A DNA stretch of 64,000 nucleotides from Squalus acanthias (Eukaryota), in NCBI GenBank assembly GCA_030390025.1, contig JASTWF010000035.1, forward strand, positions 1,674,001 through 1,738,000, written 5' to 3'. Positions 37,728-49,423 of this stretch are shown here, in pieces. Position 1 is the stretch's first letter. Every line of letters starts with the position of its first letter. The position numbers and the translations under genes are program-made. The notes beneath the pieces were generated by a model that had not been told where the DNA came from, made no database searches, and saw only the letters and a list, made by a program, of their open reading frames with translations.

Positions 37728-40700
37728 ATAGATACATAGATACATAGAAGATAGGAGCAGGAGTAGGCCATCCGGCCCTTCGAGCCTGCTCCGCCATTTA
37801 ATGAGATCATGGCTGATCCTCCAATTCAGTATCCCGTCCCCGCCTTCTCTCCGTAACCCTTAACCCCTTTTGCCTGTAGAAATATATCTAATTCCCTCTT
37901 AAATATATTTAATGAGCTGGCGTACACTGCTCTCTGTGGCAATGAGTTCCACAGGTTCACCACCCTCTGAGTGAAGAAATTCCCCCTCATTTCTGTCCTA
38001 AATGGTTTAGCCCTTATCCTTAAATTATGTCCTCTAGTTCTGTTCTCACCCGCCAAGGGAAACATTCCTTCTGCATCTAGTCTGTCTAGACCTGTCAGAA
38101 TTTTATACACTTCTATGAGGTCCCCTCTCAATCTTCTAAACTCCAGTGTGTACATCCCTAAACTACATAGTCTCTCCTCATAGGTCAATCCCGCCATTCC
38201 TGGTATCAGCCTGGTGAATCGCCGCTGCACCCCCTCCATGGCAAGAACATCTTTCCTCAGATGAGGCGACCAAAACTGTACACAGTACTCGAGGTGTGGT
38301 CTCACCAGTGCCCTGTACAGCTGCAGCAAGGTTTCCCTGTTCCTGTATTCCAACCCTTTTGCTATGAAGGCCAGCATACCGTTTGCCTTCTTGATCGCCT
38401 GTTGCACCTGCATGCTCGCCTTCAGTGACTGGTGTACAAGAACACCCAGGTCTCTCTGTACTTCCCCCTCTCCCAATTTATTGCCATTTAAATAATAATT
38501 TGCCCTCCCGTTCCTGCACCCAAGGTGGATAACTTCGCACTTGTCCACATTATAGTGCATCTGCCATTTATCCGCCCAATCACCCAGTCTGTCCAAATCG
38601 CTCTGGAGCTTCCTGGTCTCCTCCTCTGAGCCCACCCCCCCTCCTAGTTTAGTGTCGTCTGCAAATTTGGAAATGCTGCATCCGACTCCCTGATCCAGGT
38701 CATTAATGTAAATTGTGAACAGCTGGGGACCCAGGACAGATCCCTGTGGTACCCCACTTGTTACTGCCTGCCATTCAGAAAATGAGCCGTTTATTCCAAC
38801 TCTCTGTTTTCTATCTGACAGCCAGTTCTCTATCCACGTCAATACTTTCCCCTTTATCCCATGAGCTTCAATTTTCCCTGCTAATCTTTTATGTGGGACC
38901 TTATCGAAGGCCTTTTGGAAGTCCAGGTACACCACATCTACTGGCTCTCCCCCATCTATTTTACCAGTTACTCCCTCATAAAATTCCAATAGATTAGTCA
39001 AGCACGATTTACCCTTTGTAAATCCATGTTGACTCTGTCCTATCCTGTCCCCATTTGCTAAGTGCTCCGCTATTTCATCCTTAATGATGGACTCCAGCAT
39101 TTTGCCCACAACTGATGTAAGGCTTACAGGTCTGTAATTACCTGCTTTTTCCCTACCCCCCTTTTTGAATAGTGGGGTAACGTTAGCTACCCTCCAATCC
39201 ATGGGCACTGTTCCCGAGTCTAATGAATTCTGAAAAATCATACTTAGTGCATCCGCTATCTCTAGGGCCACCTCCTTCAGCACCCTAGGATGCATGTTAT
39301 CAGGCCCTGGGGATTTGTCCGCCTTCAATCCCTTTAGCTTCCTTAACACCATATCCTTAGAGATATTGACTTGCGTCAGTTCCTCCTTTGCAAATGTCCC
39401 TATTTTTCCCGATATCCCAGGGAGGTTTTTTGTGTCTTCCTTCGTAAAGACTGACCCAAAGTATGCATTTAGTTGGTCTGCCATTTCTTTATTTCCCGTT
39501 ATATATTCCCCCGTATCTGACTGCAATGGGCCAACTTTGGTTTTCACCAGTCTTTTCCTCTTGATATACTTATAAAAGCTTTTGGAGTTAGTTTTTATAT
39601 TTTCCGCCAGCTTGCTTTCGTAAGCTATTTTGCCCCTCTTGATTAAGCCCTTTGTCCTCCTTTGCTCTATCTTAAACTGTTCCCAATCTTGCGCTCTGGC
39701 GCTTTTTTTGGCTATTTTATACGCCCTATCTTTGGATTTTATGCTGTCTCTAATTTCCCCTGTTATCCACGGTTGAGTCACCTTTTTAGATTTCCTTTTA
39801 TGCCAGATTGGTATAAACAATTTTTGCAATTTTGTCATTCTATCTTTAAATGCTTGCCATTGTTTATCTACCTCCAGTCCTCCCAGGAACGTTGTCCAAT
39901 CAGACCTACTCAGTTCCCGTCTAATGGCATCATAATTCCCCTTGTTTAAATTCAGGACCTTAGTATCTGAGTCAATTTCTTCGCTCTCCATTTCGAGTGA
40001 GAAATCGATCATGTTATGATCGCTCTGACCCAAGGGTCCCCGTACAACAAGATTACTAATTAGTCCCTTCTCATTGCACAGTACCCAGTCCAATATAGCC
40101 TGTTCCCGAGTTGGTTCCTCGACATATTGATCCAGATAACCATCCCTTAAACACTCAAGGAATTCCTCCTCCTCATTATTTTTACTGATTAGGCTATTCC
40201 AATCTATATGTAAGTTAAAGTCACCTATGATGACAGCTGTGCTCTTATTGCACGCTTCTCTAATTTCCCTCGTGATGCCCTCCCCAACCTCTATTTTACT
40301 ATTTGGAGGCCTATATACCACTCCTATTAATGTTTTTCGCCCCTCGCTATTTCTTAGCTCCACCCATATAGATTCTGTATTAACTGAGTTAATATCCTTC
40401 CTTTCAATTGCATTTATCCCTTCTTTTACCAGCAATGCTACCCCTCCTCCCTTTCTTTTTTGTCGATCCTTCCTAAATACTGAATACCCCTGTATGTTAA
40501 GCTCCCAGCCCTGCTCACCCTGCAACCATGTTTCCGTAATCCCAATTAGATCATAATTATTAACCTCTATTTCCACAGCTAATTCATCTACCTTGTTCCT
40601 GATGCTTCTCGCATTAAGGTATAAAACCCTCAGGCTTTTTTTATGCTCACATTTTTTATGAATTGGTTTGGCCCTTTGTTTTTTGTTCCTCACCCTTTTA

Positions 40701-40803
40701 CCATTTATTTCTGTCTGCCTTTCACTTTCCTCTATTTCACTACATAGGTTTCTAGCCCCCTGCCATACTAGTTTAAATGCTCCCGAACTGCTTTATCAAA
40801 ATT
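37728..40803 (-). mobile_element. Young CR1 LINE (family A), 5'-truncated near the end of ORF1, complete ORF2
   Basis: (ATCTATGT)n tail at the left end; splits an older CR1 between ...CVEPEEVG and EVLNEYFASVF. Confidence 0.95.
37826..40693 (-). CDS. CR1 ORF2: apurinic-like endonuclease plus reverse transcriptase, 955 aa, uninterrupted
   Basis: EN motifs LNARS, ITETWL, VVYRPP, GDFN, SDHN; RT motifs [35 protein letters not shown]. Confidence 0.95.
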   Translation of the reverse strand: MRNKKQRAKPIHKKCEHKKSLRVLYLNARSIRNKVDELAVEIEVNNYDLIGITETWLQGEQGWELNIQGYSVFRKDRQKRKGGGVALLVKEGINAIERKDINSVNTESIWVELRNSEGRKTLIGVVYRPPNSKIEVGEGITREIREACNKSTAVIIGDFNLHIDWNSLISKNNEEEEFLECLRDGYLDQYVEEPTREQAILDWVLCNEKGLISNLVVRGPLGQSDHNMIDFSLEMESEEIDSDTKVLNLNKGNYDAIRRELSRSDWTTFLGGLEVDKQWQAFKDRMTKLQKLFIPIWHKRKSKKVTQPWITGEIRDSIKSKDRAYKIAKKSARAQDWEQFKIEQRRTKGLIKRGKIAYESKLAENIKTNSKSFYKYIKRKRLVKTKVGPLQSDTGEYITGNKEMADQLNAYFGSVFTKEDTKNLPGISGKIGTFAKEELTQVNISKDMVLRKLKGLKADKSPGPDNMHPRVLKEVALEIADALSMIFQNSLDSGTVPMDWRVANVTPLFKKGGREKAGNYRPVSLTSVVGKMLESIIKDEIAEHLANGDRIGQSQHGFTKGKSCLTNLLEFYEGVTGKIDGGEPVDVVYLDFQKAFDKVPHKRLAGKIEAHGIKGKVLTWIENWLSDRKQRVGINGSFSEWQAVTSGVPQGSVLGPQLFTIYINDLDQGVGCSISKFADDTKLGGGVGSEEETRKLQSDLDRLGDWADKWQMHYNVDKCEVIHLGCRNGRANYYLNGNKLGEGEVQRDLGVLVHQSLKASMQVQQAIKKANGMLAFIAKGLEYRNRETLLQLYRALVRPHLEYCVQFWSPHLRKDVLAMEGVQRRFTRLIPGMAGLTYEERLCSLGMYTLEFRRLRGDLIEVYKILTGLDRLDAEGMFPLAGENRTRGHNLRIRAKPFRTEMRGNFFTQRVVNLWNSLPQRAVYASSLNIFKRELDIFLQAKGVKGYGEKAGTGY

Positions 40804-41164
40804 ACCTACTTCTTCCGGCTCTACACACAGATTGCCACTTTGCTCCCTAATGGGTTCCCTGGTTATCCTCTTGCCCTTAATATACTTATAAAACACCGAG
40901 GGATTTTCCTTTATTTTGTCCGCCAGTGTTTTTTCATGCCCCCTCTTCGCTCTCCTAATTTCTTTTTTAAGTACCCCCCTGCACTTTCTATACTCCTCTA
41001 GGGCTTCCACTGTTTTTAGTCCTTTGTATCTACCAAAAGCCTCCCTTTTTTTCCTAATCCATTCTTGTATATCCCTTGACATCCAGGGTTCCCTGGGCTT
41101 GTTGGTCCCACCCTTGACCTTTACGGGAACATGTTGGCATTGTATTCTCTCTATTTCCTTTCTG

Positions 41165-43071
41165 AGGAATAGTCCTGTTCACGATTTTTACCATCCTGAT
41201 AGGTTTAAAACACATAGTACTGTTAGATACCAGACATATTGTAGCATTCTTTTGTCCATATTAATACTTTGTTTCTGTGTTGGTCCAATAATAGACACCC
41301 TGTTCCTTATAAAAAATGGTGGTATATTGAGTCGATCTTACGGCAGTGACCTGACACTGATACTTGGACATCCTTGTCAAGTTAAATCCGCACAGCGGCT
41401 CTTCATCGTCCAAGACATTATACATACACATGGTGGTTCTTCCTTGGGTCTTACATAGATGTAATTTTACCTCATAGAGAGATTGGTTATATTTAACAAC
41501 ATATCCGGGCGATGATGTATATTTATATATGATGCGGCGATGCTGGTGTTGGACTGGGGTGGACAAAAGTGAGAAGTCGCACAACACCAAGTTATAGTCC
41601 ATCAGTTTTATTTGAAATCACAGTGATTTCAAATAAAACTGTTGGACTATAACTTGGTGTTGTGCGACTTCTTACATTTATATAAAACACTATCTTTCAG
41701 GAAACCCATATTGGTTACCTTATACACCCGCAGTGGTGCCCAAGGTTTTGACATTACGGGCATTCTTAGTATGATTCCTATCAAGCTATCATCGCTAGTC
41801 TGATTACATTCATGTGGTGCGATACGTACTACAGTAAGACTTCGCAACTGACACACTGTCAAATTTGAGTGATGCCTTTCCGCTGCCTTAAGGTGTTTAT
41901 CTTCCATCCAAATTGGAACCCTTCCCTCAGCTAATCTATTCAAATTCCTCCCTTTGTCCTGTAGAATCCAAGAACTCATCATCGCACATGCATCCTTTTG
42001 TGCTGCCTGATCAGAGGTGTTTCTATCCTCCCTTGTGAATTTGTTTATGGCCTGTGCCTGATTTTCCAACAATTTGACCAACCCTTGCCTGTAAATTGTC
42101 AAGGTCAATTCTGCTTCTAATTGTACTTTACCTATGCTATTCTGGTTTCTTAATGCCTGCTGTACCTTTTCTCTCAATTCTCCCAATTGATAGTTCAAGC
42201 TCATAATAGCCCCTGTGTTTACCTATCCTATGGTATTCCACATTGTTGCTACATTATTGAGCACACTGCACTTACTCCTCTGTGCCAGGGATTTCGGGGC
42301 CTGAGCCTCCTCCCCTATGGTCACTTGATCACTATTTTCCTTGCAGAAGGTTTTTATTAACTGCGCTTTTCTATCTCTTAACCAGTTTCTAGTGGGTTCA
42401 CTGCACCATGTCGGCAAGGCAAGACTAGACACATTAATAATAAGCTCCCTCGCATCTAATACAACATCATGTAACATTGACAACTCACTCGGAACCAACA
42501 CCAATCTGTTAATTGGAGCAGGGAATGGGATTGGGCACTTTTCACTCCCTTTATCGAGTGGCACTGGTTTCTCTTTCACCTTCAATTGAATGACTTCTTT
42601 GGACTGATCAGGACATTGAATATTATTATAATGATTTTCAATTTGAAGATCATCATGGGAGAAATTTCTGTTTACACACATATATACTCCTGTGTGATTG
42701 CTTGACCAGAAATTTGTCCAGTAACTTGTCCCATCAATTAACAGGGTAGCTCTTGCCTTCTTCAATCTCAAGTTATTTGTGGTCTCACCCGGTTCTAGGA
42801 TCGTCCCGTTTGGGGTAGTCTCATTTGAACATTTTAAACAAATTCTTTGCCCCTCATGCACCCTTTGCTCCGTTACTCTCACTGTCCAATTATAACATGT
42901 TATAGTTTGATTTTTAATTGTTACATTCATCTCATTTATAACAGAAAACCCTGTATCCAGTGAGCTTATGTTTCCATTGGTGCTGTTTCCGAGCTGCTGT
43001 GATTCCTGATATAGTTCAATCCCATCCACTACGAGCATCAAAGCGCTCAATACGTACAGGAGTTTCCCCAT
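41165..43071 (-). pseudogene. env-like fusion glycoprotein pseudogene (about 580 codons once the 41530-41675 insertion is excised)
   Basis: Signal peptide MGKLLYVLSALMLVVDG; many N-x-S/T sequons; RSKC (degenerate RSKR) at 42279-42268; heptad region; Cys-rich C-terminal part. In-frame stops at 42223 and 41261; no TM anchor visible because a CR1 truncates it. Confidence 0.75.
41530..41675. mobile_element. 146-bp palindromic insertion, probably a Penelope-type terminal fragment
   Basis: 9-bp TSD atttatata (41521-41529 and 41676-41684); 50-bp inverted arms 41572-41621 and 41623-41672 with one mismatch. Penelope origin is from recalled resemblance to fish PLE termini. Confidence 0.7.
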
Positions 43072-43179
43072 CCTGGAGCTTCTGTAACACATAACACAGT
43101 TAATATTCACATACTCTTATTCACACATTCAACATCATTTCCTTTTAGGTTTGCTCCCACCTCCTCCTGAGGGTGCCGA

Positions 43180-43720
43180 TGTCGTTCGCAGTGTTGTGGG
43201 CGGCCCTCAAGTTCAATTCCTTTAAAGTTCCTCACAGGTCGCTCAGGAATTTGTCCTGAGTCACCTCCTTAATTTGTTTATCAGTCAGAGTGGGGACCAA
43301 CAGGTGTGTGGGGGTTCACATGGGTCTCCCCGTTACCAATTCATGAGGGGAGTGACCTGTTCCTTTGGATCTGTTAGTACGTATCCCCATAAGGATTAGG
43401 AAAAGTCCCTCATCCCACTTAGTGTACTGTTCGTTTAATTCCTTTCGCAGGGCCGACTTCAACGTACGGTTCATTCTTCCCACAATCCCCGATGATTGTG
43501 GGTTGTGGGTTACATGCTATTTCCCTTCAATTCCTAGCAATTTCAGAGTGGCTTGCATTACCTGACCTGTAAAATGACTTCCCTAGCCTGACCCGACCAC
43601 GGAGGACGTCCCCATCTGTAGAATACCCCTTCAACTAGGGTCTTGGCTGTCCATGAGGTTGTGGCTGACTTGCATGGGACGACTTCTACCCACCTGGTAA
43701 TCTTGCACCATCAACACTCA
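43180..43720 (-). pseudogene. Retroviral/Gypsy-type integrase core remnant
   Basis: Frameshifted translation: TRWVEVVPCKSAT...TAKTLVEGVFYRW / GSHFTGQVMQATLKLLGIEGK*HVTHNPQSSGIVGRMNRTLKSALRK...KWDEGLFLILMGIRT...TGHSPHELVTGRPM, matching rve motifs (SDxGSHF, HPQSxGxVERxNRTLK, TGxSPxEL). Confidence 0.85.
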
Positions 43721-46700
43721 TCTGGCCCCCTGCTTAAAAGGAAAAACAGACAATTCATTGCGGCTTTCCTAACAGCCAAATGGATTAATTCGGCAATTTC
43801 CAACTCCCTTCTGTCAATGTGGGGAAACATCCACTCAAATTTAAAAACATAACAATTTAACAATGCCCAAAATGTTTACAAAACCCACAGCTGGTTGTGG
43901 AGTTAAGACAGAGTTCACAGCTGCTTGTGAAAAGAGTTAACTTCTTTCTTTTGCATTTCAAAAGAAGACAAACACAGACATCAATCACTGTCAGGTTTTG
44001 TCACATAACTCCTCAGAGCTTTCAAGTAAATCTTTATTTTTTGCAAAGTCTTTGTACCTTTAAAATCTTTGTTAAGATCCTGATCAACTCACTTCAGCAG
44101 GTAAAAACATCAGACATCCTAAACAATCTGTGAAGCAACTCCACACAATAGCATTTTCTTTTTTTTCCCTGGTCACCCATATTTATAATTGGTCAAAAAT
44201 TTCAAAAATTGTTGATGTGATTGCCTCATGTCCAGAACTAGAGGCTTTCACATAATTTACACCAACCAGAATTTCACCGTGGCCACAATAAAAGTCTGGT
44301 TTTAATAGGTTAATTAACATCAATAACTCCAATTCAAACCAATATTTTAAACTAACCAGTATCACTTGAAAAACTAATGAAGAAGCCACACTAACAAAGA
44401 AACATTCACACATGCTTTGTAAACGTTCAAATTTTCCAGGCACATTGGCAACTGTAACTTCAAGGCTGTAGCTTATCTTTTGTAAAACAATTAACAAACT
44501 TAAATTGAAATCAATTAACAAACTTAAAACAGCACACGCTTGTCCATCATTCAAGACAAGACTACACAGGGTTAAACAGCTCTTAGCTCTCTGTACAGAA
44601 AAGTGGGTGGAGCTGAAACACACACACCAGGCACTTTCTTTCAAGAAAACAGACTTGCAGACAAAAGGATACTCTGACTTCTTAAAACGCATATCAGGAA
44701 AACTTTCACACTTTAACACACACTTTCACACAAACTGAAATTCCAACATCCTTTAAGGTTGGTTCCTTTCACTCAGCAAATCTTGTGTTTTATTTGTCTC
44801 GGCACAAACACTAATAGCTTCGTGTCAGTAAAACTTTAATTTTCCCCTTTTTTTCCTTCTCTTAAATTGTCTCAGCAACTTATTCCGTCTCCCTCCTTTT
44901 TCTGGCGGGATTAACTTCATTTTTCCATCTTCATCTATTTCACTTACAACCGCTCTTTGTTCGACTGCAATGAAATGTCCTTGGGGTTCACCTCTCATTT
45001 CTAGTTTCCCTAAATCACCCACCATTTCTTTCAATGGCGTCGTGTTATACGGTATGGTATAATCATGTTGTAACACCCCACTGTTCTGTCCTGCGACAGG
45101 GGAATCAAATTTCTGCTGCCTCATAGGATTCATCGCGGTGGGACAGGGGGTTCTGGTACTTCCAGTGGAGGTCTCAATTCCCCGTATTGTGGCTCATCCT
45201 CAGAGCACTTTCCTTCCCCCTCTACTTCCCTCTACATATCCCCTTCCTCTGGGGTCGTTAAGCATATCCCCTTCTCTACTGATAGCCGAGCTTTCAATCA
45301 CTCAATTTCCTTTCGGCATTTAGTGTGATCAGCTTCTCCCTCTTTTTGATGCCGCAACACCTTCAATGCTGTTTTTACATTGCTTAACTCTTCCTTAGCT
45401 GAGGCTGCCTTCCCATGTTGCTTATGGCTTTCTTTCTGCCATTCATCTCAACATAAGACGTAGGACGTAGGAGCAGGAATAGGTCATTCGGCCCCTCGAG
45501 CCTGCTCCGCCATTCAATAAGATCATGGCTGATCTGATCTTGGCCTCAACTCCACTTTCTTGCCCGCTCCCCATAACCCTTGACTCCCTTACCTTTCAAA
45601 AATCTGTCTATCTCCGCCTTAAATATAATCAATGACTCAGCCTCCACAGCTCTCTGGGGTAGAGAATTCCAAAGATTCACGACCCTCTGAGAGAAGAAAT
45701 TCCTCCTCATTTCCGATTTAAAAGGGTGCCCCCGTATTCTGAAAATATGCCCGCTAGTTCTAGATTCCCCCACAAGGGGCAACATCCTCTCTGCATCTAC
45801 CCTGTCAAGCCCCCTCAGAATCTTATATGTTTCAATAAGATCACCTCTCATTCTTCTAAACTCCAATGAGTATAGGCCCAACCTGCTCAACCTTTCTTCA
45901 TAAGATAACACCTTCATCTCCAGAATCAACCTTGTGAACCTTCTCTGAACTGCCTCCAATGCAAGTATATCCTTCCTTAAATAAGGAGACCAAAACTGTA
46001 TGCAGTACTCCAGATGTGGTCTCACCAACGCTCTGTACAGTTGTAACAGGACTTCCCTGCTTTTATACTCCATTCCCTTTGCAATAAAGGCGAACATTCC
46101 ATTTGCCTTCCTAATTACTTGCTGTACCTGCATGCTAACTTTTTGTGATTCATGTACAAGGACCCCCAGATCCCTCTGTACCTCAGCATTTTGTAATCTC
46201 TCCTCATTTAAATAATAACTTGCTTTTTTATTTTTCCTACCAAAGTCGATAACCTCGCATTTTCCCACATTAAACTCCATCTGCCAGATTTCTGCCCAAT
46301 CACTTAGCCTATCTATATCCCTTTGGAGATTCTTTGCGTCCTCCACACAATTTGCTTTCCCACCTATCTTTGTATCATCAGCAAATTTGGCTACATTACA
46401 CTCAGTCCCTTCATCCAAGTCATTGATATAGATTGTAAATAGTTGAGGCCCCAGCACTGATCCCTGCGGCACCCCACTAGTTACTGTTTGCCAACCTGAA
46501 AATGACCCATTTATCCCGACTCTCTGTTTTCTGTTAGTTAGCCAATCCTCTATCCATGCTAATATATTACCCCCAACCCCATGAGCTCTTATCTTGTGCA
46601 GTAACCTTTTAAGTGGCACCTTATCGAATGCCTTCTAGAAATCCAAATACACGACATCTACTGGTTCCCCTTTATCCACCCTGCTCGTTACATCCTCAAA

Positions 46701-47087
46701 GAATTCCAGCAAATTTGTCAAACATGATTTCCCTTTCATAAAACCATGCTGACTCTGCTTGACTATATTATGATTTTCTAAATGTCCTGCTACCACTTCC
46801 TTAATGATGGACTCCAGCATTTTCCCAATGACAGATGTTAGGCTAACTGATCTATAGTTGCCTGCTTTCTGTCTCCCTCCTTTCTTGAATAGTAGCGTTA
46901 CATTTGCGGTTTTCCAGTCCGCTGGGACCTCTCCAGAATCCAGGGAATTTTGGTAGATTACAACCAATGCATCCACTATCTCTGCAGCCACTTCTTTTAA
47001 GACTCTAGGATGCAGGCCATCGGGTCCAGGGGACTTGTCCACCTTTAGTCCCATTAGTTTGCCTAGTACTTTCTGTGTAGAGATAGT

Positions 47088-48245
47088 GATTAGCAGGGAA
47101 AATTGAAGCTCATGGGATAAAGGGGAAAGTATTGACGTGGATAGAGAACTGGCTGTCAGATAGAAAACAGAGAGTTGGAATAAACGGCTCATTTTCTGAA
47201 TGGCAGGCAGTAACAAGTGGTGTACCACAGGGATCTGTCCTGGGTCCCCAGCTGTTCACAATTTACATTAATGACCTGGATCAGGGAGTCGGATGCAGCA
47301 TTTCCAAATTTGCAGACGACACTAAACTAGGAGGGGGGGTGGGCTCAGAGGAGGAGACCAGGAAGCTCCAGAGCGATTTGGACAGACTGGGTGATTGGGC
47401 GGATAAATGGCAGATGCACTATAATGTGGACAAGTGCGAAGTTATCCACCTTGGGTGCAGGAACGGGAGGGCAAATTATTATTTAAATGGCAATAAATTG
47501 GGAGAGGGGGAAGTACAGAGAGACCTGGGTGTTCTTGTACACCAGTCACTGAAGGCGAGCATGCAGGTGCAACAGGCGGTCAAGAAGGCAAACGGTATGC
47601 TGGCCTTCATAGCAAAAGGGTTGGAATACAGGAACAGGGATACCTTGCTGCAGCTGTACAGGGCACTGGTGAGACCACACCTCGAGTACTGTGTACAGTT
47701 TTGGTCGCCTCATCTGAGGAAAGATGTTCTTGCCATGGAGGGGGTGCAGCGGCGATTCACCAGGCTGATACCAGGAATGGCGGGATTGACCTATGAGGAG
47801 AGACTATGTAGTTTCGGGATGTACACACTGGAGTTTAGAAGATTGAGAGGGGACCTCATAGAAGTGTATAAAATTCTGACAGGTCTAGACAGACTAGATG
47901 CAGAAGGAATGTTTCCCTTGGCGGGTGAGAACAGAACTAGAGGACATAATTTAAGGATAAGGGCTAAACCATTTAGGACAGAAATGAGGGGGAATTTCTT
48001 CACTCAGAGGGTGGTGAACCTGTGGAACTCATTGCCACAGAGGGCAGTGTACGCCAGCTCATTAAATATATTTAAGAGGGAATTAGATATATTTCTACAG
48101 GCAAAAGGGGTTAAGGGTTACGGAGAGAAGGCGGGGACAGGATACTGAATTGGAGGATCAGCCATGATCTCATTAAATGGCGGAGCAGGCTCGAAGGGCC
48201 GGATGGCCTACTCCTGCTCCTATCTTCTATGTATCTATGTATCTA
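47088..48245 (+). mobile_element. Young CR1 family A copy, 5'-truncated
   Basis: ORF 47132-48148 nearly identical to the other two copies; same tail; inserted in an older minus-strand CR1. Confidence 0.95.
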
Positions 48246-49423
48246 AGTTCCCCCGCCCCACCTCAATAGCCCCTTGATTATCCATTATTGGGATGCTTTT
48301 AGTGTCTTCTACTGTGAAGACAGATACAAAATATTTGTTCAAAGTCTCTGCCATTTCCCTGTTTCCCATTATTAATTCCCCAGTCTCATCCTCTAGGGGA
48401 CCAATGTTTACTTTAGCTACTCTCTTCCTATTTATATACCTGTAGAAGCTCTTACTGTCTGTTTTTATATTTCTTGCTAGCTTACTCTCATAAGCTATCT
48501 TCTCTCTCTTTATCATTTTTTTAGTCGTCCTTTGCTGTATTTTTTAAAAATTTCCCAATCCTCTGGCCTTTCACTATTCTTTGCAAGATTGTATGCTTTT
48601 GTTTTCAATTTGATACCATCCTTTACTTCCTTAGTTAGCCACGGATGGTTCATCCTTCTCTTAGAGTCTTTCTTTCTCAGTGGAATATATCTTTGCTGAG
48701 TGTTATGAAATATCTCCTTAAATGTTTGCCACTGCTTTTCTACAGTCTTACCCTGTAATATATTTTCCCAGACCACTTTAACCAAGTCTGCCTTCATACC
48801 TTTGTAATTACCTTTATTTAAGTTCAGGACACTAGTTTGAGACCTAGCTTTCTCACCCTCAAGTCTACCTTTGCCAATTTCCTTTGTCCAATCAATATGA
48901 AGATTAAAATCTCCCATGATATAGTCGTACCTTTCTTATAAGCCTCTATTATTTCTTGATTTATACTCTGTCCTACAGTGTGGCTACTGTTTGGGGGCCT
49001 GTAGACCACTCCCACCAGTGACTTCTAACCCTTATTATTTCTTATCTCCACCCAAACTGATTCTACGTCTTGATCTTCTAGGCCAATATAATTTCTCATT
49101 ACTGCATTGATCTCATCCCTTATTAACAGAGCTACACCACCTCCTTTTCCTTTCTGCCTATCCTTACAAAATTACAAATATCCCTGAATATTCAGTTCCC
49201 AGCCTTGGTCACCTTGCAACCATATCTCTGTAATAGCTATCAGATCATACCCATTTATTTCTATTTGTGCTGTCAACTCATCTATCTTGTTACGAATGCT
49301 GCGTGCGTTCAGATAAAGAGCTTTTAATGTTGTCTTCTTACCATTTTTCCCTGCTCTGACCCCTCTTTCTGATGCACTCTTTTGTGTATATGCTCTGTTC
49401 CTTCCTGTCACACTCTGGCTATC

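Larger units (their letters stand above)
37385..41165 (-). mobile_element. Old CR1 fragment (37385-37727 plus 40804-41165) hosting the young CR1
   Basis: PWMSRDIQ...KENPSVFYKY...CVEPEEVG / EVLNEYFASVF...DKSPGPDG. Confidence 0.8.

Noticed and set aside
36751..41165. 3' LTR of the provirus
   Set aside because: No second copy of the 51050-51821 sequence was found by eye, so LTR-pair dating and TSD confirmation are impossible here.
44183..44719. 178-aa hydrophobic ORF as a viral accessory gene
   Set aside because: Non-ATG start, T-rich composition and no recognisable motif; cannot be supported from sequence alone.
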